Source: Lama guanicoe
Lineage: Eukaryota
Assembly: GCA_013239625.1 (NCBI GenBank)
Contig: MU053629.1
Span: 1,825,567-1,889,566, forward strand
Direction: 5' to 3'
DNA length: 64,000 bases
The translations under genes were made by a program, and so were the position numbers. Below the pieces are notes generated by a model. The model saw nothing but the letters and a program-made list of their open reading frames with translations. It did no database searches and was not told where the DNA came from. This document shows, one piece after another, positions 26,297-38,463 of the stretch (its first letter is position 1; each line of letters starts with the position of its first letter).

Positions 26297-26332
26297 NNNN
26301 NNNNNNNNNNNNNNNNNNNNNNNNNNNNNNNN
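26297..26332. other. Assembly gap (36 N)
   Basis: Run of n between (CCCCCA)n and a C-run. Confidence 0.99.
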
Positions 26333-27164
26333 GCCCCCCCGCCCGTGGCTTTCCTGTGGTCCTTATTTCTTTGTCCCACAGCTCTGATCACAATAAACCC
26401 CTGTGACCTGAGGGTGCCTGGGCCTGTCTTTGTTCCTTGAACCCCGGTGCTGGCACACCAGCGGGGCGACTGGTTGGCCCACTGACATATCACTCTTAAG
26501 GGGTGCTAGGAGTTGGAGCACCAGAAAAACCTCCCTGGGCAGCTGTGCTGGGTGGATGCCGGGTTGCTGGGGTGGCCTCCGCAGCTCCCCCTGCTCCAGC
26601 CCTGGGTTCTGTTGTCTGAGGCAGCTGGCCGCCTCCGTCTTCTGGGCAAGGAAGGGCCAGGTGGCTCCTAGGAGTGACTCTGCTGGCTGGAGCCTACCTG
26701 TCCCCTCAGAAGGAGGGCACCAGCCGAACCTGGTGCCAGACTTAGCTCTCAGGGCTCAGGCAGGACGTGCTTGTCAGTAATGCCTTCCTAACAGCCCTCT
26801 CCACGGCCCACTTCTCCTTCCTCACACCTGTTTCCTCATTTATAAAATGATGCGTTTAGCTCAATAATTTAAAATGTTTTAGCAGTAGAACTATTTTTTT
26901 AGACATCTACACCAAAATTCAATACTCATAACGTAAATTTTTAAATTTTATTACTATATTATTTCAAATGTATAAGATGTAGTTATTAAAAAGGCAGTTA
27001 GTAAGGACTCTGAGGCTGCCAGGATGAACAGGATACTTGCTGATTTACACCAACGTCTGCTTCCAATTCATTTTCTTTACCTTTTTTTGGTTGCACAATA
27101 TTAAGAAAATCAGGAAAAGCCTGATCACAGAGTTAGTAGTTGGGATAATTACTGGCTTTTTGAT

Positions 27165-27270
27165 TTAAATTTTTTTATTTCGTTTATTTTAGTGGGGTTC
27201 TGGGGACTGAGTCCAGGACCTCGTGCATGCTAAGCCTGCAGTCTACCACTGAGCTATTACCCGTCCTCCT
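27165..27270 (-). mobile_element. tRNA-derived SINE (same family, more diverged)
   Basis: CTGGGGACTGAGTCCAGGACCTCGTGCATGCTAAGCCTGCAGTCTACCACTGAGCTA. Confidence 0.8.
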
Positions 27271-27364
27271 TTTTGGTTTTTTTAAAAGCTAACCTTGAAA
27301 CCTCAGGATAATGAAGGAATAGAAGAGTTTGTTTTTGTTGTTTCAAAGATGAATCCTTAACAAA

Positions 27365-27446
27365 CACAGGATGAACCATATGTAATTGTCAATACCCCAT
27401 GGTTTGGGCCTACCGAAACGGCGAACTCGTGTAATTCAGTCAAATA
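27365..27446. mobile_element. MADE-like Tc1/mariner mini-element (~80 bp)
   Basis: AGGATGAACCATATGTAATTG at the left end with a degenerate inverted copy at the right end; family assigned from memory. Confidence 0.4.
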
Positions 27447-28041
27447 AGAATAGTTAACATTAATTTACTGCGTGCCAGGCCCGGTGCTAAACGCCTTGGT
27501 AGCATGGTGTCATTTAGCCTCTACACAGCTCCCGGTGGTACGGACGAGGACCCTGAGGCTCAGGGCGTTGCCCAAGGTTGCCCAGGTGACCAGAGGCCCC
27601 CCCCCCACCTCCAGGAGCCGTCCAGGCCCAGCCTCGCCCCCAGCTGCTGGGGCCCCAGGCCAGGCCACCTCCAGCCGCTGAAGCGGGCAGAAGAATCCCG
27701 CCTCTGTGCCCAGCTGAGCCCGCCCGCCCGCGGCGCAGGAGCTGTTTGTTTTCTTAACGGGGTTAACCAAACCTCCCAGCAGCATCGGTGGCCTCCGGAG
27801 GCCGAGCCAGTGAAAGGGGCTTTGTGTGCGGGCGGCCGAGGGCAAGGGCCGAGCCAGAGCGGGAGGCGCGGTCCAGCCCACCTGCGCGCCGGGCTGCCGG
27901 GCCGCCTGCAGGCGCGGGGGCATCTGTGGGGGACACCTCCAACCCCCAGCCCATCCTGCCTTCGTCTCCAGGCTCCATGCCTAAACGGTGGGGCGAGAGA
28001 GGCCCCGCTTCCTGACAGGGATAGTGTGGGAGCCAGGAGAC

Positions 28042-28160
28042 AGGTGTTCACAAGGTGGTCCCCGACCCGGAGCATCAGCATCACCAGCGAATTCGTGCAG
28101 AACGCACAGTATCAAGCCCCACGCCAGGACCACGCATCGCAAAATCTGAGTCTGGAATTT
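28042..28160. mobile_element. MER5A-like fragment
   Basis: GTTCACAAGGTGGTCCCCGACCCGGAGCATCAGCATCACCAGCGAATTCGTGCAGAACGCA. Confidence 0.55.
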
Positions 28161-28539
28161 AGCTCAGTGATCATATACTGAGCAGCTCAATGCTTTAACC
28201 ATACAGGAGAAAACTTTTCCTTTGACTGTAATAACTGCTCTGGAGTGTACATAATGTCCCGTGGTCCTCTTTACAGGAAAATATTCTCCATATGTTGTTT
28301 TAGCTCCCCAAAGATGTAAATGTCTCCGGGTCAAGGATCTTGTTTTTCTTCACTTGGATCTTCATTCATGTGTTAATGAAATGCTGTGGAATAAGGAACT
28401 GCAGGTTTACTACCAGATATTTTACAAGTCAGGTGGTGCATCAAATCTCCCTCTATAACAGGTGATGAAAATCCATTGATTTGAGACTTCTCGGGAACAC
28501 CTGAAAATTAAACAGATGGATAAAGTGGACAGCAGTCTA

Positions 28540-28560
28540 CAGAGAGAGAGAGAGAGAGAG
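28540..28560. repeat. (AG)n microsatellite
   Basis: agagagagagagagagagag. Confidence 0.9.
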
Positions 28561-28719
28561 GTGTCTGTCTCTGAAGGTGGGAAGAGGATCGCTGTTCTCA
28601 TCCCTCTGCAGGCCTTCCTCTAAGGATTCAGCAACCCCTGCTCCCTTCCTGCCTCTCGCAGTCCCTCCCTTCTCTCTTTAGCCTTTTCCCAACATCCCCC
28701 TCTCCCATTTATTTAGTCC

Positions 28720-28816
28720 TTTTTTTTTTTTCAATGGAGGTACTGGGGAATTGAACCCAGGACCTTCCTTGTGCATGCTAAGCATGTACTCTACCACTGA
28801 ACTATACCTTCCCCCC
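28720..28816 (-). mobile_element. tRNA-derived SINE (same family)
   Basis: Poly-T, GGAGGTACTGGGGAATTGAACCCAGGACC...CATGCTAAGCATGTACTCTACCACTGAACTATA. Confidence 0.85.
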
Positions 28817-28829
28817 ATATCTTCCAGTC

Positions 28830-29480
28830 TTAAAATCAAAAAATATTGTCTGTGTGGTTACTACATGCTTGGCACCATGGTGGCAACAACTGACAAGAGA
28901 CCATGTCTCTGGCCCCATGGTGCTGAGTCTGGGGCCGAGGTGGGAAAGCCAGGGAGACACACAAGAAACTAACAGTAACTCCACATTAGAATAAGTGCAG
29001 AGACAGACACTGACAGGGTGGTAAGGAAGGAAAGCCTCTTTGAGGAGGTGAGTTTTAGGCTAAGAACTGAAAGTTTTAGGTGAAGCCCACCAAGTGGAGA
29101 GTCAGGAAAAAGTGTTTCAGGGAGAGGAAAGAGCAAGTGCAAAGGTCCTGAGGCAGAAAGAGCTTGTTAGGTCTGAAGAACTGGAAGATGGTCACTGTGG
29201 CTGGAGCTCCATACAGGAGAGGGAAGTAGAGGAGATAAGAGGTGGAGGCTGGGCTGGGTCATTGAGAGCTTTGTCGATGGTGGTGGGGAGGGTGGGTTTT
29301 GTTCTAATTGCAATGGGAAGCCTTTGGAAGGTTTTAAGCATTGATGACAGTTTGCACTGCCAAGTAGAGAATGGACCGTGTATGAGGGAGAATGACAAGG
29401 AAGAACTGTGAGATTCACTAGGAGACTTAACAGTTTTCTGGGTGGATGGGATAGAGACGGAGGGCAGACAGTCCTTAGGA
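28830..29480. mobile_element. L2-like LINE fragment
   Basis: CTACATGCTTGGCACCATGG...AAAGCCTCTTTGAGGAGGTGA...AAGTGCAAAGGTCCTGAGGCAG...GCAATGGGAAGCCTTTGGAAGGTTTTAAGCA. Confidence 0.65.
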
Positions 29481-30979
29481 TGGGTGACCAAGAAGTTTAG
29501 AGGTCTGAGGGTCCCAAGAGAAGACTTCCTGGATGGTAGACAAGCAGAGCAGGGTCCCTGACCGGTGGGGCCCTAGAGTGCAAGGAAAGAAATGAAACCC
29601 CAGCACTTCTCCTCATGGGGGGTCATTTCCCTTCCAGGAAGTTTCAGCTTCCTGATTCTGGGGACCTTGTGAGATGGAATTCAGGGTGAAAAGTGTGGGA
29701 CATATAATGAATGAGACCTGCTTGCCCCCTTTCTGGGGTCATCCACTCATCCTCTCTCTGGGGGCAGAGTTGGGAATGGAGAGTTTCAGCTCAGAAGCAC
29801 CTCTGCACTAGCAGGGGAAGGAGGGAGGCAGTGGTCCCTTGACCCTAACCCCTAAGACAGGTATTCTGCTTCCTCCTTCCCACCACAAAGCCTCCCTTGG
29901 TGTGAGCTCTTGGAGGCAGGGACTCCCCAAACTCCACTGCCCACCTAGACCATCGTGGAGAGAAGTCAGTGGAGTGGAGGCCTCTGCTGAACAGCACAGC
30001 TCCCTTAAGACTGGGGCCAGTGGGAGCGGAGCTGGGCGGTGGGAGCAGAGTTCCCTTCTAACACAGGAGGTGAGACAGTTCTGAATGAAATTCTACTGCA
30101 TACCGGAAAGACTCTGCCACAAGAATGGGCAAGAAACCCTGTGCCACTTCCCACAGTCTCTTCCCCTCCGTTGCCCTGTACACCGACACAACCCACCTGT
30201 GTCTCCAGGATAAGCTCACAAACTGCCACTTTCTCAATCCCTACTCTCCTGAGGGAGGCATGTTATCCCAATTTTGCAGATGAGCACAAGGCTACAGAGT
30301 CAGGGGACTCCAAGCTGTCTAATCTCCAAAGCAGAGCCTCGGTCCCTAAACTGCCTCTCCCAGGACTGATGCAGGTTTGACTGAAAGAAGAATGAATGGA
30401 AGAATGGATTTAAAAAGTGAACGAACGGAGAGGCCTATGAATGCTGGGGGAGGGGGACATCAAAGCCAGAGTGTGTCCAAGTTTTACCCCTGTGTGGCTG
30501 CTCTCTCAGGGTCCGGGTTGAAGGTGTAGGGAATGGGTTTGGGGGCAGTCTGGTCCCAGGGAAGGGTGTGAGGAACGCAAGGAAAGTCCCTGGTTGGTCT
30601 GGGCCCAGCCTCTCTCCTTGCCCAGCGCCCACAGGCCCCAGTCCTTAGCAGGCGCTCAACAAAGAGCAGGTGAAATTCTGGTTTGCCCGGGTTCGTGGCA
30701 CTCAGTGGGTGCTCAGTGAATGTGGACACGTTGACAAATGGATGCCTCTCTGCCGAAGGGTCCCCACGCATTGCGGCCCCACTAGGCTCAGAGGGCGGCG
30801 TCCGCCTCCTGTCACCCGGCGTCCAGCCTAATCAGTCCCTCGCAGGACCTGGCGGCGCGAGGGAACGCCTGGGGCGGGGCCGGCGTGGGGGCGGGGCGCG
30901 AGGGTATGAGGGGGCGGGGCCGGGCTCTTCAGGGTCTCTGGTCCGCGCCTGCAGAGCTCGGGGTGCGAGCTGCGCGCGG

Positions 30980-31054
30980 ATGCTGGAAGTTCACATCCCG
31001 TCCGTGGGACCCGAGACCGAGGGGCCCCGGCAGAACCCCGAGAAAGGCCACATG
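30980..31054 (+). CDS. SNX22: Sorting nexin-22 exon 1 (coding 75 nt)
   Basis: ATGCTGGAAGTT...CACATG|gtgagc; MLEVHIPSVGPETEGPRQNPEKGHM. Confidence 0.93.
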
Positions 31055-31433
31055 GTGAGCGGGGACACTGGGTGGGAAGGGGCGCAGGGACCCGCCAGAT
31101 TTCCCCGCGCACAACGCAGAGGGGACCCCGCACCCCGGGCTCCGGCGGCCGAGAACAGCGGGCCAGGCCGTCGCAGGGCAGCCTGCAGAGGGTCTCGGGG
31201 CCGCCTGGATTGTCCAGCCCTGCGGGTGGCGGTCCCCGCTCCTGAGGGACTGACTGCACGCAGCAGAGTCCCCAAGTGTGTGGGGAGCGTGGGAGGGTCC
31301 CCAGAGAGCGGCGGCTTTTCTAGGCAACTTTGTGGCTTTGGGGGCGGAGGGTGGGCGCGTAGCCGGGCGCGGGTCCTGCTGCGCCCTCCCGCGGGAACTC
31401 ACGCGCACACGGCTGCCCGCCCGCGCCCGCCAG

Positions 31434-31517
31434 GTGTTCCGAGTGGAGGTGCTGTGCCGCGGGCGCAGACACACCGTGCAGAGGCGCTACAGCGAGTTCC
31501 ACGCGCTGCACAAGCGG
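31434..31517 (+). CDS. SNX22: SNX22 exon 2 (84 nt)
   Basis: cgccag|GTGTTC...AAGCGG|gtgagg; [28 protein letters not shown] (PX RRYSEF motif). Confidence 0.95.
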
Positions 31518-31944
31518 GTGAGGCGGCGCCCACCACCCACCCTCCCACTGACCGACCGCAGACCGGCTCCTGCCCTGTCCCTGGGCGGCGGGCAGAAGAG
31601 CCGGCGGGCCCCAGCCTCTACCGCCCCCGCTTAAGGCCCCAGGCCCTGGAGAGTTCAAGTCCTGGGCACAGACTTACCCGCGGGCTGCGGAATGGGCGCA
31701 AAGGGGGCAGGTCCCAGCCTGTGCTGTCCGTGCCCCTGCGCTGTCCGCCCGCCTTTGGGCATCAGGGGGTGGGGGGGGAGTTGGGGCGCCTCTCGCCCTT
31801 GTTCTAACCATCGCTTGCCACGTGGGTCTAAGTCAAGTTTATAGGGGTGGTGGCGGGAGGACTGGGCAGGGCTTTTGGCTAGGGTGAAATGAGCTTAAGG
31901 GCTCAGTGGGATGCTGTGATCGCACCGCGGTAACCTCCTGGCAG

Positions 31945-32049
31945 ATCAAGAAACTGTGCAAAGTGCCCGACTTCCCGTCGAAACGCCTGCCCAACTGGAG
32001 GACCAGAGGATTGGAGCAGCGGCGGCAGGGTTTGGAGGCATATATCCAG
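31945..32049 (+). CDS. SNX22: SNX22 exon 3 (105 nt)
   Basis: tggcag|ATCAAG...ATCCAG|gtgtgc; IKKLCKVPDFPSKRLPNWRTRGLEQRRQGLEAYIQ. Confidence 0.95.
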
Positions 32050-32570
32050 GTGTGCTTGGGTCTTGCTTTGTTGCCCCCCAGCCTGCTGGACCAGAGGTGT
32101 GATCCCAGAGAAGTGCAGGGGCATGGGGTGAGAGGGACCCACATTTGGGGCATATTATCCACTACTTCAAGCCTCAAATTTTTGAACGGTAATGGGTCCA
32201 AATAGCCCTCTATGAATTGGTAGGACTGAGTGAGGTAACCAGGAGGTAGATGGTCCCAGTTAAATGAAGACTAGTTCTCTTCCCCTTCAGGGTGAGATCC
32301 TGTGCTGCCCTCTTGATAAGGATGTAGGGTGGGGGCCCTTCCCCCCCTCCCACACAGTTATACCCGATTACAGGCCAGGCTAGCTTCTTTGGCTTAAAAC
32401 CTGTGTTGTCACCCAGGGCTGGGGGGGGGGGTGCTGAGCTTGGTTTACTGCTCTGCTCTGTCTTGAATTCTTTATCATTTTTGAAGAGCCCCTGTGTTTT
32501 CATTTTGCACCGGACCGTGCATATTACACAGCTGAGTCTGGTTACAGGTTTCCGCTGTTCTCTTCTCCAG

Positions 32571-32665
32571 GGCATTTTATACATGAACCAGGATGTGCCC
32601 AAGGAACTACTGGAATTCCTGAGTCTTCGGCACTTCCCCACAGACCCCAAGGCCAGCAGCTGGGG
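32571..32665 (+). CDS. SNX22: SNX22 exon 4 (95 nt)
   Basis: ctccag|GGCATT...TGGGG|gtgagc; GILYMNQDVPKELLEFLSLRHFPTDPKASSW(G). Confidence 0.94.
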
Positions 32666-33029
32666 GTGAGCACCTCTGGGGACCATGACTGGCATGAAGG
32701 GCCCCAGTGTTGGGGGACAGGGCCTCTCTACAGCCAGCAGGTGAGGGAAGGTTTCAGAGGCCAAGCACTTTGCCTTCTCCCATCTGCCAGATGCTAGACT
32801 GGTTCTTCCTCTTTGAGACACAACCTCCTTTGCCGGCTTTCTTGACCCCCGTGGAGGGGTTGTTTTCTGGACAGCCTTGGTTACCCCAGCTGCCTCCGGA
32901 ACTGAGCTTGTTACAAATAGAAGCGGTGGTCCCCTGGGAGGTGAAGTTCTGGGCTTCCGCATCTCCACCCATGCCTCACGCTCCCCTCGGGCATCCCCAG
33001 GCAGCTCACAGCCTCTCTCTTCTTTTCAG

Positions 33030-33062
33030 CACCCTGGGGGAGTTCCTGCCTGGCAACAGTAG
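33030..33062 (+). CDS. SNX22: SNX22 exon 5 (33 nt)
   Basis: tttcag|CACCCTG...AGTAG|gtaagt; TLGEFLPGNS(S). Confidence 0.88.
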   Translation, partial: HPGGVPAWQQ

Positions 33063-33294
33063 GTAAGTCAGAGTCCCTGTCTGCACTGGGCTCCTGCTGC
33101 CCCCTGGTGGCCATATGCCAGGGCCTGAAGTCTCTGGCCTGTCCCTGGGGTTCCGGTTTTCCTGTTGGCGCCTCCTGAGCCCACTTTCCACTTCTCGTTT
33201 GCGGGTCCTTGGTGATCTCAGTCCTTAGTCTCCACCCCACTTGAGGCTTTGCGCTGCCTGCCCCTCCACTGTTCATGACCCCTTTTCCTTGTAG

Positions 33295-33362
33295 CTCGCA
33301 GCTGTACCACCGGCCTGTCATCAGCTTCCGTGTGGATCCTTATATTTGCATCCCGTCCCCAG
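33295..33362 (+). CDS. SNX22: SNX22 exon 6 (68 nt)
   Basis: ttgtag|CTCGCAG...CCCAG|gtgagg; SQLYHRPVISFRVDPYICIPSP(E). Confidence 0.9.
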
Positions 33363-33808
33363 GTGAGGAGGTGCCTCTGACCCATAATCCACATTTAGGG
33401 AGCAGGTACCAGGATGGGAGTGAGGGTGAACTGGCCACTTCTCAGCTCCCAGGAACCCCAGGCAGCTCCCTCCTGCCGCCCCCTCCTCTGGGGCCACACC
33501 GCCCTGCTGCTCCCGTAGCCTGCTTTGTAGTCTCCTCCAGGGAGTAGACATGGTGACGTAGGCTTGGCTCCCCTGTTCTCCATTCCTTAGCTTCACTAAG
33601 CAAAATGTGAACTGGGAATGCCAAAGCCTCACTTGGGGTGGCCAGCTGCGACCTGCTGCCTTGGCAGGGGCTCTTGTTCGGGGGTGGGGGAGGGGCTGTT
33701 GCTGAGCTATGGGGGCTCAGGGGGCTGCAGGCCTGAAGCCGGGTCCATCCTGCACCTCCTCTTGCCCTGCCGCCCCTACCCCCTCCTCCCGTTTTCCTTC
33801 TGTTCCAG

Positions 33809-33930
33809 AGCCGCTGCCCAGCGTGGTGGTGAGTGGTGTGCTGCAGGGTGTCTATGGCCTCAGCGCCAGCACAGCTACCGCCCAGCCGGAGGCTGCCTGT
33901 CCCCCAGCTCCGGTGCCACCGATGCCCTGA
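33809..33930 (+). CDS. SNX22: SNX22 exon 7, coding part (terminal); total CDS 582 nt = 193 aa
   Basis: ttccag|AGCCGCTG...ATGCCCTGA; PLPSVVVSGVLQGVYGLSASTATAQPEAACPPAPVPPMP*. Confidence 0.92.
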
Positions 33931-34426
33931 GCAGCCCAGAGGCGTTCAGATCACCTGCCAGGACAGTCATATGCCCCAGTCCTATGAAAGGGACATGGGC
34001 TGGATCACCCTTGGCCTGGACCCAGGACTTACCCCTCTTCGCCCAGGGTCAGAACTCAGCTGCACTGGTGTCTGGGCTGGTAGAACTCCTGCACTCTGAC
34101 AGCCCAGGGGCCGGGGCAGGGGCAGCAGAGAACAGGGAGTAAAGGAAGAAGTCACTGTAGAGGTAGGCTATGAACATACGGGTGTGTTTCTCAGAAGAAT
34201 GGGGGAGGGGACACACCAAGGCTGATGCACAGTAGCTGGGCAAAGCGTGGGAGCAAGGAGCAAAAGCTCCTGCTTGTCTCGTGGCAGCGCCTGGGGAAAG
34301 GGTTCAGACCGGAGCCCAAGGAGGGGACGGGCACCCCTCCCCCAGGAGACCTGCTGGGACTAGACTTGGGGGAGGTGCTGCAGGCCCAAGAACCCATAAG
34401 CAGGTTATAAAAAAAACACTTTTTTT

Positions 34427-34432
34427 TTTATT
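34427..34432 (-). terminator. PPIB: PPIB polyadenylation signal
   Basis: TTTATT on + (AATAAA on -), ~190 nt after the PPIB stop. Confidence 0.8.
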
Positions 34433-34623
34433 GGTCAGTGTTGGGAGGAGTTTGTTACAAAACTGGGCCCCCGGGCCTGTGGAATGTGACGGGAGGGTCC
34501 ACTCCGTCCGATGCCAGCACTAGGGCCGGTACAGCGCGGAGCCCTGTGGCGGGCTGTCTTCGCCCTCAGGAGGGCAACGGGGCCACACAGACAGTTGCTC
34601 AAAGGGAAGAGGTCCCTGGGGCC

Positions 34624-34767
<144 letters not shown>

Positions 34768-35264
34768 TCAGGTTTGCGGCTCAAGGGGAGACGGGCCCCA
34801 GCGCATGGCCGGGGAGGGCTGAGACCCCACCACGTGACAAACAGCCTAGAAACCGTGAGGCACCACAGTCCTAAGGGCACCGTGGCAGGTGCCAGCCCAG
34901 GGCAGGGAGAACCCAGATTTGACATCAGGAGGATGCAGTAGTTTTGATCCTTTGAAGTAGGACCTGGGTTGGGCTGAGGGTGAGGAGGAGGAAGAGGGTA
35001 GCTGGAATGGGTACCCAGTGGCTTCTCAGGGACAGCATGTTTGGCTGTGTCCTGTACAACTTCAGGTGGGGCTGGGGCAGGACTGAATGTGAGTGATGAA
35101 ACGGGGCCTCCTGGCCGGCCCCTCCCTGGGGCCTGGAATGATTTAGAACTTGGGGGAACAGAGAGGTAGGCCTTTTATTCTCACTTTCCACACCCACCCT
35201 GACCCCCAGTTTCCCCTCTGGGAAAGGGATAAAATACAGGGATCCCCTGCTCTCGGGTCTGTCA

Positions 35265-35618
<354 letters not shown>

Positions 35619-38369
35619 TCACTTTGAGAATCTAGTTTTATGGCTTTTAAATAAAGCACAACTGAACAACTACCCTTGGCTGTGGCCTGAGAGGCCTGCC
35701 ATGGAGACGTCAGTGGAGAGATGTTCTGTGCAGGATGCAGGGGAGCTAAGAACTCTCCAGAAAAAAAGGACTGCTGTGGCTGACCAGCTTTTCTTCCTAA
35801 GAGCACAAAAGATACTGAGGAAGCTCCGAAGCAGAAAGAGGGATGAGCTGGGAATGGCAAGGAGAAGCAAAAGGGAGGGACGGCCATTTGGGTCCTGGAA
35901 AGTCAAGAGCCTCTTATCAACAAATGCACCAAAAATAAAAGGCGGCTCTGAGTGTGTGTACCGTGTCTGTCCGTGGAGAGTCTGGGGCCAGGGCATACGA
36001 CAGAGGGGCCAGGAGCTGATCTCGACCCCTTTTCAGAGATGCTAACTTAAGTTCCCCAAGCTGGTTCCGGGGGAAATACCACGCCCTTCTCTGTCCCTGT
36101 CCACTCCTGGAGACTCACACTGTGGACTAGTCCACTAGAGGCCCCAAGAAACCCAGCAATAAAGGTCATTTTCATTTTGTTTGACCCAACACCTTTCAAA
36201 TTTACTTGCATATGGAACCACCTTATTACACACATTGTCCTCCTGTGGTTCCCACCGGATGGAACCAGGCTGGGAAACTGTCCTCGGCTGATGCTAACCA
36301 GGGCGATAGCTCTGACCGTCCAGTAAGCAGGAAGACTCAACACCGAGACTCACTTGGCTCTGGCTGGTGGGGACAGGGGTGTCAGCCTGGGCTCCACTCG
36401 CACGCCCACAGCCGGGAGCACCCGGGTTCTCCCACCGCCAGGCCAGAGCTCCTGGCTGGCCTGCTGACCAGAGGCCTCCCCCGTGTCAGAATCCTCTTTG
36501 TAAGTCTCAGCCGACTATAGGATTTAAATCACTGCTACCCAGAAAACCCTCAAATCTAAACACCCTTAGCTCCAATCACTTTCCCAACATACAAGGAGTT
36601 CCAAATGTAAATGGACAGCTCTTCATTTTAAACTCAGCATGCTCTGTCATCTTTCCTTCCAGACTTCAGTTTTTCTTTTGACACTTCTCTTCTGCACACT
36701 GTTGTCCTTGTCCCCACCACTGATTCATCCTTTTTTTCCATTCCTGCCACCCCCGCTGCAGTAGTGGCTAACGCTGAGTGGGAAAAGTGTGCCAGAGACC
36801 TGGGGCAAGCATTTTACACAAAGAGTAAAACCCTATCCTACGAGGCAGGAGCTAATAGCCCCTCTTCAAAGATGAAGAAACAGGTACCGAGGCTAAACGT
36901 AGCAGGGCTGGAATTCAAACCACAGTGGTCTAGCTCTCAAATCCCTGCTCTTACCCACCAGGCATCGTCCCCTGGTTCAGGCCCACAAAGCCCTACCCAG
37001 GGACAGCTGCACCAACCCCCCGCCAGCCTGCTTGCTCCTGCCTCCACGTCCTGATCTGCCACGTTATTTTTCCTGCAAACTCCTTTGTGATCGGGTCTCG
37101 CTCCCATTCAGGTCTTCAGCGGATCCTCACTCCATGTAGGACAAAGCCCCAGGTTCCTAGCCTGGTTACGGCTGCCGGTGTGAGCTCCACCTGCAGCCCC
37201 CTGACCCGCCCTTTGGCCAAGCTCCTGTCACAGAACTGAGTGGACTCACACCTTAACCCTGCGTCCTCCATGCCCATTCAAATTCTCCCCAGCCAGGACC
37301 CCGCTCAAATCTGACCTCACATTCACAAGGCTACTTCCTGATCGCCTTGGCCCGAACTGAGTCCTTTACTTGTCATCATTTCGACAACGGCTGTCTTTAC
37401 CATGCGCTGGGCACTGCACACTCAAGATCTCATCTCGCCCTCCCAGCACCCACAACTCTTACCACTCCTATAGAACAGGAAACTGAGGTTCAGAGGACTT
37501 GCCTGAAGTCACAAAGCAAGAAGGTGTCAAGACACTAGATCACAGCCCAGCAGACCCCATGAGGCCAGTGCTTTGTATCCTATCTGCTTTGTCCTTCTCG
37601 TCCACAAGCTATGACTTACATCTTGTAGTATGTACCTTCCACAGTGTTTCCTCCCAGTTCTTCCCACTTAGATACACAACTTGAGGACAGAGCCTGAGCC
37701 CCTAAAGCTGTGTTACAGCCCGTCTGTGACTTTTCGGGTCCTGGAAGTGAAAGGGAGTTGCCGTCCCACTGGCTTTTGCATCCTCGGCACCCCCCCAGAG
37801 CCTGGCCCCCCCCCAAAATATTCATCGGTGGGGTGAGCTGCAGCTGCGGTCTGAGGGAAGAGCAGGCGTGCACCCAGGTGTGGTGAGACCTGTGGGTTGG
37901 CCAGGGTGTCTGTCTGTCTGTCCTACGTGTGCAAGTAACACAGAAGTGAGACCACCAATTCTTGCCAAGTGGTCTCTGGTGGGAAACTGCCAAGGAAAGC
38001 GACCTCTCCCACCCTTGCTGGGGCTTCCGAGGCTGCCCACACAGGCTTCGCACGCCTGACCCAGAATCACCCACAGGTGGTGCTACACTGTGCTCCCCTC
38101 CCCCCAGGAGGTTTCGAGAGAAAACTCATTGAGGCCGTAGGCCTGGATCAGCAGGTCTGCCAGTGGGGCAGGATCTTCTTACCTCCACCTGACCCCCATT
38201 ATCCCCTCTCCTTGGTACTGGGTCCCCTGTACAAAGAAGGGTGCAGTTGGTCTCCATGCAGGCGACAAGCCTGCCTCTGGAGCTGGGGAAGGAAGAGGCC
38301 CTGCCGACCCAGCGCAGCTGGCCCGCCCGCCTTGGGGCCGCTACCCCTCTGCCCAGAAGACGAGGTTAC

Positions 38370-38463
38370 CTCCAGTGCCATCTCCCCGGGTGAAGTCTCC
38401 ACCCTGGATCATGAAGTCCTTGATCACACGATGGAATTTGCTGTCTTTGTAGCCAAATCCTTT
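38370..38463 (-). CDS. PPIB: PPIB exon 3 (94 nt)
   Basis: ttctag|AAAGGA...ACTGGAG|gtaacc; [31 protein letters not shown](G), the cyclophilin signature. Confidence 0.98.

Larger units (their letters stand above)
30750..31800. promoter_or_regulatory. SNX22: SNX22 CpG-island promoter with tandem GC boxes
   Basis: Dense CpG; three GGGGCGGGG boxes between ~30872 and 30920, upstream of the ATG at 30980. Confidence 0.8.

Noticed and set aside
27504..28181. 225-aa and overlapping ORFs in the intergenic CpG-rich patch
   Set aside because: Several frames on both strands are open because of GC content, and the ORF runs into a MER5A fragment; no protein similarity recognised.
30683..31807. 374-aa ORF over the SNX22 5' region
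   Set aside because: It contains only SNX22 exon 1 in frame. The rest is stop-poor GC-rich promoter and intron sequence with a TTG start and low-complexity G/R/P/A composition.
32210..32968. 252-aa minus-strand ORF
   Set aside because: Antisense to SNX22 exon 4 and its introns, with no recognisable family.
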